From NCBI GenBank assembly GCA_027492205.1, contig JAOZFN010000007.1, positions 11,978-75,977 of the forward strand: a stretch of 64,000 nt of DNA, written 5' to 3'. Within the stretch, counting starts at the first letter, position 1, and each line of letters begins with the position of its first letter. Both the position numbers and the translations under genes were made by a program. Positions 55,664 to 64,000 of this stretch are shown here, piece by piece. The notes beneath the pieces were generated by a model, which searched no databases, was not told where the DNA came from, and worked only from the letters and a program-made list of their open reading frames with translations. The stretch comes from Thermoproteota archaeon (GTDB lineage Archaea; Korarchaeota; Korarchaeia; Korarchaeales; Korarchaeaceae).

Positions 55664-56998
55664 TCAGGAGGGTCCGGCCACCCGGACCTCCCTCACCCTC
55701 ACAGGCGGTGAAATGGTGCCCATCACAGCCCTCTTTTCCCTGCCAACCGCGTCTATGCCCCTAAGGAGATCGACGAGGTGTATCCCGAAGCTGGCCTCCC
55801 TGATGCCCGTGGTGACCTCCCCGTTCTCGATGAGGAAGCCCATGTAGACCATTCCGCTGAACTCTCCGTTGGCCAAGTTTGGCCTGTCCTCCGTAAGTTT
55901 GAGCAGAACTCCCCTCTTGAGGTCGAAGAGGTCTTCGTTCGACACCTCCAGATCCGGTGCCTCCAAGATGACGTTGTGAGACCCTACCCCGGGGAGCGAG
56001 TCGAAGGACCTAGAGGCGTTTCCTGTGGACTCGACCCCCATCCTGCCGGCGGTATAGGTGTTGTGAATGTAGTTCCTGAGTACCCCCCTCTCCACTATCG
56101 GGGTCCTCCTAGTCGGAACGCCCTCCCCGTCGAAGCTCGCGCTGCCCTCCCCCCCTGCCAGGGTCCCGTCGTCGAGTATGGTCACCCCCTCGGACGCCAC
56201 CGTCTGGCCGATCTTTCCCGCCAGAAAGCTCCTCCCATACATCACGTTCTCGCCGTTCGCCGCCGCAGAGACCAGGAAGCCTATGAAGGGCCTCATGGTC
56301 AGCGGGTCTATCACCATCGGGTACGTGCCCGTCTCGATTCTGACGGCCTCGAGGAGGGTAGAGGCCAGCTCCCCGGCCTGGGAGCCCACCCACGAAGGAT
56401 TTATCTCCCCCAAGAACCTTCCAGAGTTGACCTCGAAGCCAGAGCTGCTCTTTTCTCCATCCCTCGCGGCCACGAACGCGTAGAGGGATGTGGAGGTCCT
56501 CTTCTCGGAGAGGCTCACTCCCCGGCTGCTCACCACTGCGACCTCTTGGGAAGAGGCGCTCATGGCGCCGCCGACCGACACGACTCCGGCCTTGGAACTC
56601 GCCGCGGACACCATCTCGCCGATGAACTCCACGGCCTCTGCCACGTCTAGGTCGGCGACCCGCGGGTCAAACAGACCCTCTACTGGAGACACGCGGCCGG
56701 GTTCCGGCAGGCCCTTGAAGTGAGGGTCGGGCTTGCTGGCCAGGGCGTTCTTTACGGACTTGACAGCCACATCGAGCGCGTCAGAAAGGCTGGTGGCGTA
56801 GGCGAAGCCCACCTTCCCCTGAACGACCGACCTGACGCCTATGCCCGACAGTATCTCGGAGCGGGCGGTCTTGACCTCTCCCTTCTCCACCTCGACGGAG
56901 ATCCTCCTCCCGGTGACGAGGAAGGCCTCGGCCTCCTCGGCCCCCTCGGAGGCGGCCCTCCTGACGACGTCCTCGCCTACGCTCAGCAGGTCCACCAT
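55664..56998 (-). CDS. pmbA: TldE/PmbA family protein
   Basis: FDGEGVP, STGNASR, NGEFSG; lacks HExxH. Confidence 0.88.
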   Translation of the reverse strand: MVDLLSVGEDVVRRAASEGAEEAEAFLVTGRRISVEVEKGEVKTARSEILSGIGVRSVVQGKVGFAYATSLSDALDVAVKSVKNALASKPDPHFKGLPEPGRVSPVEGLFDPRVADLDVAEAVEFIGEMVSAASSKAGVVSVGGAMSASSQEVAVVSSRGVSLSEKRTSTSLYAFVAARDGEKSSSGFEVNSGRFLGEINPSWVGSQAGELASTLLEAVRIETGTYPMVIDPLTMRPFIGFLVSAAANGENVMYGRSFLAGKIGQTVASEGVTILDDGTLAGGEGSASFDGEGVPTRRTPIVERGVLRNYIHNTYTAGRMGVESTGNASRSFDSLPGVGSHNVILEAPDLEVSNEDLFDLKRGVLLKLTEDRPNLANGEFSGMVYMGFLIENGEVTTGIREASFGIHLVDLLRGIDAVGREKRAVMGTISPPVRVREVRVAGPS

Positions 56999-57003
56999 AT
57001 CGA

Positions 57004-58389
57004 TCACCTCATGCCCCCGAAGACGACCCGCTCCACCAGTATGTGTGGAGACCCGGTCGTCACCGGCACCCACTGGCCGAACTTCCCGCAGTGGCCTGGG
57101 TCATACTGGAGATCCCTGCCGACCGCGGAGATGTTGTGAAGTATCTCCAAGATCGTGCCGGTTATGGCCACCTCCCTGAGCCTCTCCACCCGCTCTCCGT
57201 TCTTGATGCGCCACCCTCCCTCGGCCTTGAACACGAACTCTCCCTTCGCTGGGTCGGTGTAGCCGTAGAGGCTGCCCGCGGCGTATATCCCGTCTCTCAC
57301 CTCCGCGAACATCTCCTCGACGCCCCAGTCCCCGGGCTCTATGAACGTGTTGCTCATCCGGACTATGGGCGGGTGGGAGTAGTCCGTGGCCCTCCCGTTG
57401 CCGGTGCTGACCGTGCCCATTCGGCTGGCCGTCTCCAGGTTGTGCATGAATGAAGTCAGCACCCCCTCCCTGACTAGGTGCTTCTTCCTCGCGCGGGAAC
57501 CCTCGGAGTCGAACGCGTAGGAACCGTACAGGCCCGGCAGGGTCGGGTCGTCTGACACGTTCACGATCTCCCTGCCGACCCTCTCGCCTATCCTCCCCTC
57601 GAGGATGCTCATCTTCGCCAGGACCTCGTCGGCCTCGCAGGCGTGGCCAAACGCCTCGTGGATGAAGACCCCCGCAAGCTTGGGGTCCAGTATGGCCTTG
57701 AACGGACCGGCTGGGGCCGACTTGGCCGAGAGGAGGTCGACGGCGCGCCTGGCGGCCTCCTCCCCCATGGCCAAGGCCTTGTCGGTCTGAACCACCTCAA
57801 AGCCTCCGAGTCCGCCGACGCTTTCAAACGCCCTCTCGGTCGTCCCGGCCTCGTGGGCAAAGATCTGAACGGCTGCCCGCGTCCTGACGATTTCCTGGGA
57901 CACTCGAGTCCCCAGCGTGTTCGCTATCCTCTCCTCGGAGACCGTGTCGACGTAGGCCACGTTCACGTTCTTGACCCTCTGGTCGACGGCCCTGGCTGAG
58001 TCGTTCAGCTCCATCGTGAAGTCGATCTTCTGGGATATGTCCACCTCCCTCGGGTCCATCCGGGCGCGGGTCTCCCACGTGCCCGAGCTCGGCTCGCCGC
58101 CCATCTTGAAGCTCTCGGACTTCAGCTTGGAGGCGGCTGAGGCCAGCCTGACGGCCTCCTCGACGGCCCTCATGGCGGCAGACTCGTCCCCGCCGTGGAG
58201 GGTAGAGAACCCCCAGGCGCCGCCCACAAATGCCCTTATGCCGAAGCCCTCGCGGACGCCGGTGTTGAGCTCCCTCAGCGTCCCGTCAACGACCACGAGT
58301 CGCGTGCTTTCGACCCTCTGCCACCTGACCTCCGCGAACTCAGCCCCCAGGGACTCGGCCCTCTCAACGAGCCTCTCGACGTCTGGCAT
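57004..58389 (-). CDS. tldD: TldD metalloprotease
   Basis: HEAFGHACEAD, DDPT, RMSNT, CGKFGQ.VPV. Confidence 0.93.
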   Translation of the reverse strand: MPDVERLVERAESLGAEFAEVRWQRVESTRLVVVDGTLRELNTGVREGFGIRAFVGGAWGFSTLHGGDESAAMRAVEEAVRLASAASKLKSESFKMGGEPSSGTWETRARMDPREVDISQKIDFTMELNDSARAVDQRVKNVNVAYVDTVSEERIANTLGTRVSQEIVRTRAAVQIFAHEAGTTERAFESVGGLGGFEVVQTDKALAMGEEAARRAVDLLSAKSAPAGPFKAILDPKLAGVFIHEAFGHACEADEVLAKMSILEGRIGERVGREIVNVSDDPTLPGLYGSYAFDSEGSRARKKHLVREGVLTSFMHNLETASRMGTVSTGNGRATDYSHPPIVRMSNTFIEPGDWGVEEMFAEVRDGIYAAGSLYGYTDPAKGEFVFKAEGGWRIKNGERVERLREVAITGTILEILHNISAVGRDLQYDPGHCGKFGQWVPVTTGSPHILVERVVFGGMR

Positions 58390-58435
58390 CACCCGGGCCT
58401 GCGGGTGGCTCCTCAAATAGTTTGGGTGGGGAGGT

Positions 58436-59278
58436 CTACCTCACGACCTCCTCGACGTCGCGCCACCACTTCTTCTTGGTGCCCGTCTTGGCCCTCTTCT
58501 GCCACTTCTTGGACTTCGGTTCCGCCTCTATCTTCCCGAGAAGCTGGTCCACCTTCTGGTTGACGAGATCTCTCTCCTCGGGCTTCAGCCTACCCTCCCC
58601 AACCATCTGGTCGGCGTACTTCTTGACCAGGTTCAGGTTGTTCACTGCGTCGTACCAGAAGCCCCAGTCATCCGCCAGGAGCTGGGCGATGTACTTGCCG
58701 TTGATCTTGCCCTCCCCCTCCTCATCCGCGATCTCGTGCGTCAGGAATAGGACTATCAGATCGACGAGGTCCTTGGGGTTGATCTCGTGGATCTGGAGCT
58801 TCTCGAGCACCACGTCAGTCGGGGAGATGGCGGGGAAGCTCAGCTCGAGCCTTCCCTCTCCGGGCTTCTTCCCGAACGGGACGTCGTGGCTGAACTCCAG
58901 CTTGTCGAAGAAGACATCGACGTGATACTTCCCCTCCGGGTGGTAGTAGATCAGCCTCCTGTCTCCGAACAGGGCGTTGATCATCTTGTCGGGGAGGAAC
59001 TTCAGCTCCTTCTCGAAGAACTCCTTGATCTTCTTCTTCTGCTTCTTGTAGGCCATAACGTCGAGGTCGGTGAACATCGGCGCTCCGGCCCCGAACCTGG
59101 TCTGGTGTATCTCCCTGGCGCGGGGGTTGTCTTGCGTGTGTATGTAGACGGCCATGGCGCCGAGGATCCTGATGACGATGCCCCTATCCTGGGCCCTCTT
59201 GATTATGTCGACGCACTCCTGAACGAACTTCTCCGGATCCAGCTCGACGAAGTGGATTCCCTCGTGGCCCTCAGTCAT
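58436..59278 (-). CDS. Pol-beta-superfamily nucleotidyltransferase-like protein
   Basis: ILGAMAV...TDLD, third acidic residue in VDVF, C-terminal EKLQ...KDLVD. Confidence 0.7.
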   Translation of the reverse strand: MTEGHEGIHFVELDPEKFVQECVDIIKRAQDRGIVIRILGAMAVYIHTQDNPRAREIHQTRFGAGAPMFTDLDVMAYKKQKKKIKEFFEKELKFLPDKMINALFGDRRLIYYHPEGKYHVDVFFDKLEFSHDVPFGKKPGEGRLELSFPAISPTDVVLEKLQIHEINPKDLVDLIVLFLTHEIADEEGEGKINGKYIAQLLADDWGFWYDAVNNLNLVKKYADQMVGEGRLKPEERDLVNQKVDQLLGKIEAEPKSKKWQKRAKTGTKKKWWRDVEEVVR

Positions 59279-59294
59279 GCGGGCACCCCTGAGT

Positions 59295-60266
59295 TCAGCC
59301 CTCGATCTTCCACCAGTTCTTGAGGCCCTCCTCGGTGAGCTCCACCACGAAGCCCCTGAGGATGCCCTCGCTGTACTCGCTCCCGGGGTTGAGCACCACG
59401 GTCCTGCCGATCTTGTCGCTTGCGTAGCTCTCGTGGATGTGTCCGTGCAGGCCCAGTATGGGCTGGTACTTCTCTATGACCTCCCTGACCGCCTTGGATC
59501 CCACGTGAACCAGCACCGGCTTGCCTCCGATGTAGACTGGCTTGAGGTCCTTCGTGAGCTTGGGCGCGAGGTCGAGCTTCGTGTTCCAGGGCGGGCAGTG
59601 GAAGTTGAAGATTATCTTGTCGAAGTCGGTGTAGCCCTTGTCCATCGCCCACTTGATCTTCTTCTCAAGCATCTTCTTCAGCTTGGGCTCAGGGGCCTCC
59701 CTGGGCGTGTTCCAGGGGGTCGGATTGACGTACTCGTGGCTCACGATCGCGTATCCAAGGGGAATCTCCACAACCTTGTCCAGGGGATAGACGATGCCCC
59801 TGTCCTCGTAGGACTTGATTATCTCGTCTATGTACTGCTCGTCGTCGTTCCCGGGCATCACTATTGGTATGACCTCGTCCAGATTCAGCTTCTCTATGAT
59901 GAGGTCGAGCCACTTCTTCATCCTCTCCTTCATCAGCCTCTCAAACAGCTCCGCCTGCTTCTTGGGATCTGCGGCTATCTCCTGGATCTCGTCCGGAGTG
60001 GCCACAATGTAGTAGTAGCTCAGGCCCTCGATGAAGTCTAGGAGCTTCTGGAGCTCCTCCTTGGTCTTCGCCTTCCTCTTCTGACCGAGCACCTCCGTCT
60101 CGTAGTGGTCACCATAGTCGAAGACGGGGACTATGGCCTTGCCGGTGAGGTCTCCGGCGAAGATCAGCACGTCGGCCTTGTAGACCTGCACGGCGCTGAG
60201 CCACTTCCTCCAGACCACGGTGTTCCCGTGGGTGTCCGCCGAGAAGAATATCCTGAAACTCTCCAA
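59295..60266 (-). CDS. Calcineurin-like (Icc-related) metallophosphoesterase
   Basis: ADTHG, GDLTGK, PGNDD, FHCPP, HGHIHE, NPGS; TTG start after RBS. Confidence 0.9.
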   Translation of the reverse strand: MESFRIFFSADTHGNTVVWRKWLSAVQVYKADVLIFAGDLTGKAIVPVFDYGDHYETEVLGQKRKAKTKEELQKLLDFIEGLSYYYIVATPDEIQEIAADPKKQAELFERLMKERMKKWLDLIIEKLNLDEVIPIVMPGNDDEQYIDEIIKSYEDRGIVYPLDKVVEIPLGYAIVSHEYVNPTPWNTPREAPEPKLKKMLEKKIKWAMDKGYTDFDKIIFNFHCPPWNTKLDLAPKLTKDLKPVYIGGKPVLVHVGSKAVREVIEKYQPILGLHGHIHESYASDKIGRTVVLNPGSEYSEGILRGFVVELTEEGLKNWWKIEG

Positions 60267-60414
60267 CAGAAACCACCTCTCTCGCTGCGGGACCATGGCA
60301 TGAAATCGCGACCCAAATAAAGGTTGAATGTCGGGGGGGGACACATTCGAATGTCAAACTGGACTCTTAAAGCGTTGTAAGGCTCCAAAAAGGGAAAAAG
60401 AAGGGGGAGGTCCT

Positions 60415-62121
60415 TCAGGCGGGCGGGATCTCCGTGTAGATGGTCCTCACGTCGATGCCACGCCTCTGGTTGTAAGCCAAGAAGCCCATGAAGATGAAGG
60501 CGCCAAGGCCCATCCAGAAGGCCTGGTGCAGCGCAATCATCAGCCTGAAGCCGCCGAAGTAGTAGAAGATCTCGTGGGTGGCCACGAAGAAGAAGAAGAA
60601 GTTCACCGCAAAGGCATAGGCTCCAATGATGCTGAGTACGGGCACTCCGCCTATCTCCCACTTGTACGGCGCCTTCTCGTAGAGGTCGGACCTGAGGAAC
60701 GGCAGGACCGCGGCAGCCAGCGAGGCCATCATGACGGCGAACTGGTACAGGTTGGTCGTGTCCGCCGCTGCAGCCCAGTCTCCCTGGGCGGTGAGCCAGA
60801 CGCCGACGATGCCTCCTATCATGGTGAGGATGATGGCCCAGTGCGGGCTGTGGAACTGCTCGTTGACCGAGGCGAAGACCTCCGGGAAGAACCTGTCGAA
60901 CGCCCAGGCGAAGACCATCCTGCTGGCGACGACGAAGAACGCCGGGATGTCCTTCAGCAGGATGATACCAACTATGGTCCCGTTGAGCACCTGAAGCCAC
61001 TCCATGCCCTTCGGCACGAGCGGGATGGTGAAGCTGGTTATCACCCTCTCAGGCAGGAGCCAGCTCGATGGTACACCGAGCAGCTGGGCCACTCCGTCGG
61101 CGCCCAGCTTCCCTTTCAGGTAGGCGTAGAGCGCGGTGAAGTATACCCTGTCAGTGGGGATGTTGTTGGCCCTGAGGTAGGCGAGGCCGTCGGCGGGTAT
61201 GTACTGTTCGGGCACCTTCCAGGCTCCGTACACCATGAACGGCAGGGCTATGTAGTATGCCATGATCACGAGCGTGCCAACGACCTGAGCCACGAGGAGC
61301 GACATGGCAGGGGACTTGAGCTCGCCACCGACGAAGACCGCCGAGACGATCCCTATGTACGCCCAGATGGCCCCTATGCTGGCCTTCATCGTGCCGCCCC
61401 AGCTGAAGGCAGCCACGGGCAGGTCGCCATTCTGGATTCCAAGCCTGAATGCCTCTTCGACTATCTTCTGATAGGCGCCCTGGCCGTAGATGGAGTTCCA
61501 ACCTGCAACGGTGTTGTTCCCCCATGCCCCTAGGATGAGCAGGTTGCTTATGCAGCCTATGATCGCTATGATCCCTAGTATGTTGATGATCCACCCGTAG
61601 ATCTTCATTCCGAAGAGGGCTATGGCGCCGAACACTATCACGAAGGTCAGGCCCAGCACCCAGTGGCCCTGCGTGCTGGCCATCCACTGGGCCCTGGAAA
61701 GCCATGCCTCGCTCTTCAGCGCGACTCCGGCCGCGGTGGCCGCGCTGACGAAGAAGTCAATGCTGTACCAAGCTATGATTCCGTAGCTCAGCACCTCGGT
61801 GAACCAGAATCCCCAGGAGGCCAGGAATCCCAGGGCCGGGCTCAGGCCCCTGGTGATGAAGATGTAGTCGCCGCCGGTCCTGGGCATCATGGAGCCCAGC
61901 ATGGTGTAGACGAGGGCGGTGGGGATCATGGCGAGGATGCCCGTAATCAAGAACGAGAAGGGTACGAAGGCGTCGGGGTGCTGGTAGGCGGCGATAACGG
62001 CTAGCCTGTGTATTCCGCCACCGACGGTGTGCGTGAACACTATCATGAAGGCCGTGAAGGGACCCACCGTCCTGACGAGCCCTGAAGCCCTCCTTACGAA
62101 CAGGGTCGGGGTCTCGGACAT
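60415..62121 (-). CDS. APC-superfamily amino acid/polyamine permease
   Basis: FVRRASGLVR, MPRTGGDY, GGELKSP, SRMVFAWAFDR, ends EIPPA; ~12 TM. Confidence 0.92.
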   Translation of the reverse strand: MSETPTLFVRRASGLVRTVGPFTAFMIVFTHTVGGGIHRLAVIAAYQHPDAFVPFSFLITGILAMIPTALVYTMLGSMMPRTGGDYIFITRGLSPALGFLASWGFWFTEVLSYGIIAWYSIDFFVSAATAAGVALKSEAWLSRAQWMASTQGHWVLGLTFVIVFGAIALFGMKIYGWIINILGIIAIIGCISNLLILGAWGNNTVAGWNSIYGQGAYQKIVEEAFRLGIQNGDLPVAAFSWGGTMKASIGAIWAYIGIVSAVFVGGELKSPAMSLLVAQVVGTLVIMAYYIALPFMVYGAWKVPEQYIPADGLAYLRANNIPTDRVYFTALYAYLKGKLGADGVAQLLGVPSSWLLPERVITSFTIPLVPKGMEWLQVLNGTIVGIILLKDIPAFFVVASRMVFAWAFDRFFPEVFASVNEQFHSPHWAIILTMIGGIVGVWLTAQGDWAAAADTTNLYQFAVMMASLAAAVLPFLRSDLYEKAPYKWEIGGVPVLSIIGAYAFAVNFFFFFVATHEIFYYFGGFRLMIALHQAFWMGLGAFIFMGFLAYNQRRGIDVRTIYTEIPPA

Positions 62122-62285
62122 CGCATACACCCCCTACAACCCCTAGGTTCGACTGATGCCGTAAGATACGGCTGGATCCTCCAACGAAAGTCTATATTAA
62201 AACTCTTTCGACCAATTGCAAAGCTCGCGCTCAATGAAACGTTTTAGTGGGCCGCTAACTGGTGCCCGGGAGCGGTGGTGATGGG

Positions 62286-62933
62286 GTGAAGCTCCGTGCA
62301 AAAAAGCCGCATAAGGAGCTTGCTGAGGATATCGCTTTGTTAATAGAGGCCGCAGACGGTTATAGAGTTGGTAGAAACACCGATCTTCGCAGGATAAGGG
62401 AGATAATGGACCGGCGGGCGAAGGAGTTAACTGACGTCTTCGCGGGAGGTTTGAGGAAGAAGTTTGAGAAGACAGCCGATTATGTGATTAATCTTCCCAC
62501 TATCGATCCGACTGCCAGAAAATGGTCGGCTGTGTTCCTGGTGGTGAGGTTCCTCCTGAGGATATCCCTGCTCGGTTTCATGGTGGGTCTCATCGTGGTT
62601 ACCCTCCAGAAGGAGTGGGCCCCCCTGCTGCTCTACGCCTCGACGGGCATACTCTACGTCGTCTTCTTCCTGAGGTGGTACAGCCTCGTCAAGCTCGAGG
62701 AGTTCTACCTGCGGGAGTTCGCCAAGAGGCCTGGCCGCGACAAGATCCTCAGGGAGACGGCAAACCGCCTGATAAGGAAGCTCGCTCAGGTCATAAAGGA
62801 TCATCAACTCAACCCCAAGAAGCACAGGCTCCACCTCTTCAAGACCGACTACGAGGGAATCCGCGTGATCAAGAAGCCCAACATCCTGAGGGACACGTAC
62901 GTGGTGGAGGTGCTGCTGGATGCCGCGGGCTAG
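62286..62933 (+). CDS. Hypothetical membrane protein (2 TM, basic)
   Basis: Two central TM helices; first gene of an overlapping 3-gene run. Confidence 0.7.
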   Translation: MKLRAKKPHKELAEDIALLIEAADGYRVGRNTDLRRIREIMDRRAKELTDVFAGGLRKKFEKTADYVINLPTIDPTARKWSAVFLVVRFLLRISLLGFMVGLIVVTLQKEWAPLLLYASTGILYVVFFLRWYSLVKLEEFYLREFAKRPGRDKILRETANRLIRKLAQVIKDHQLNPKKHRLHLFKTDYEGIRVIKKPNILRDTYVVEVLLDAAG

Positions 62934-63702
62934 CGTGAGGGTGGAGAGGAGCGTCATCAGGCTGGGCGAGCCCATTGCCGGGGTGGTCGAGGGCGACAGG
63001 GTCTACGCCGCGTTCTCGGTTTGGATGGCGTCGACCCTCCTGACGAGGGGGGAGGCGATCCCCAGCGCGAGGCTGCTCTACAAGGAGTCCTTCTGGCTTG
63101 AGCCCGGGAGGTTCGAGATACGCTACCCCAGGGGCCTGCCGCCCACCATCTCCACCAGGGCGCACAAGGTTAGGTGGTCGATCACCTTCGGGGTCCCCCG
63201 GCTGGGTGGGAGGATCCTGTTCCCGAGGTCGACCCTGCGGATCAAGGTCCTCCCCCCGATTCCAGAGGAGATAGAGGCTGACCTGGGCTGGCTGGTCCTG
63301 AACGGTCGGAGGTTCCACCCCGACGACGAACTCCTCGGAAGGATCAAGGTCGAGGGCGTTGCCCCCGAGGACGTGACGGCCGAGCTCGTGGTGAGGGAGT
63401 GGCTCGAGGTGGACGGCGACAGGAGGGAGTACACTTGGACCCTCGCCCCGGGCGACTCCGGCACGCTCGCCGGGGAGACGGCGATCAGGGTCGAGCTGCC
63501 GCACGACCCCACCGTTCCCAAGGACCTGTTCTTCTTCTACCCCTACACCTTCTCCGCCGACTTCGGCGGGATAAGGTTTGGAACGGAGACCTACCTCGTG
63601 GTGACCCTGCCCGATGGTGTCAAGGAGGTTCCCCTGCCCATATCTCCGAGGCTGCCTCGATTCGAGCCAACGAAGGAAAAGAGGGGCCCGCCGCTGTGGT
63701 GA
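62920..63702 (+). CDS. Arrestin/SpoOM-like tandem beta-sandwich protein
   Basis: Two repeats: GEPIAGVV...LPPTIST..KVRWSI and PDDELLGRIKV...PYTFSA..GGIRF. Confidence 0.55.
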   Translation: MPRASVRVERSVIRLGEPIAGVVEGDRVYAAFSVWMASTLLTRGEAIPSARLLYKESFWLEPGRFEIRYPRGLPPTISTRAHKVRWSITFGVPRLGGRILFPRSTLRIKVLPPIPEEIEADLGWLVLNGRRFHPDDELLGRIKVEGVAPEDVTAELVVREWLEVDGDRREYTWTLAPGDSGTLAGETAIRVELPHDPTVPKDLFFFYPYTFSADFGGIRFGTETYLVVTLPDGVKEVPLPISPRLPRFEPTKEKRGPPLW

Positions 63703-63708
63703 CGACGG

Positions 63709-63909
63709 ATGGGCAGGCGAAAGGCGCGGAGGGTCAGGGTTTGCCCCATCTGCGGCAGCACGAGGCTGAGGAAGGAGTCCCCCCTCTCGGGATGGCTCAC
63801 GCCTGAGATTTGGGTGTGCCCAGACTGTGGGTACAGGGGGCCGATATACGGGGAGATAGAGGTGGAGGTCGAGGAAGATGGGGCGAAGAAAGAGGAGAGG
63901 GAGGGATAG
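63709..63909 (+). CDS. Small zinc-ribbon protein
   Basis: CPICGS...GWL....CPDCGYRGP; acidic tail. Confidence 0.8.
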   Translation: MGRRKARRVRVCPICGSTRLRKESPLSGWLTPEIWVCPDCGYRGPIYGEIEVEVEEDGAKKEEREG

Positions 63910-63927
63910 CGAAGACCGGCCGAGCCC

Positions 63928-64000
63928 TCACCTCAGCCTGATGTAGGCGTAGGCCTCCTTCGCGCTCTCAAATGCGTAGTGTATGTGCCTGAAGTTCTCC
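63928..64000 (-). CDS. 3' end of a CDS entering from beyond the window
   Basis: ...ENFRHIHYAFESAKEAYAYIRLR*; typical codon bias. Confidence 0.55.
   Translation of the reverse strand, partial: ENFRHIHYAFESAKEAYAYIRLR

Noticed and set aside
40754-62246. Recurrent AAACGTTTT motif (about 40755, 47474, 62237) as a regulon operator
   Set aside because: Each copy sits where a BRE-TATA element is expected, so a core promoter variant is the simpler explanation.
1-64000. Many long antisense or alternate-frame ORFs in the track (e.g. 3431..4579+, 9402..10991-, 49716..50963+, 60328..61533+)
   Set aside because: They are shadows of real genes in GC-rich DNA, with Arg/Gly/Pro-rich or nonsensical composition and no motifs.
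1-64000. CRISPR array, transposase, integrase or prophage
   Set aside because: No regularly spaced repeats and no mobile-element proteins were seen; I noticed no second copy of the tRNA-Trp 3' end that would mark an att site.

Overview
GC-rich archaeal chromosomal segment. Archaeal markers include TATA-box promoters, Tsr3, Trm5 and an intron-containing tRNA. An ATL-EndoV fusion is consistent with, but does not prove, a Korarchaeota-like lineage. The window is densely coding housekeeping and metabolic DNA: a complex I-like operon (nuoA-B-C-D-H-I-J-K-M, no NuoEFG seen), ahcY, adk, tRNA/rRNA modification enzymes, quinone/lipid genes, three radical SAM genes, nucleoside salvage genes, a four-subunit dye-linked proline dehydrogenase-type cluster, molybdopterin genes and tldD/tldE. 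I saw no CRISPR array, transposase or integrase. Most notable: (1) a tRNA-Trp with two BHB introns that appear to carry separate halves of a box C/D guide aimed at its own C34; (2) a duplicated divergent module of a CofE-like ligase and a multi-TM sensor with a DUF835-like domain; (3) an APC permease / metallophosphoesterase / AbiEii-like nucleotidyltransferase triad; (4) a candidate ~180-nt structured ncRNA; (5) a KaiC/DppA chimeric remnant. Product calls come from motif recognition by eye; no database searches were run.
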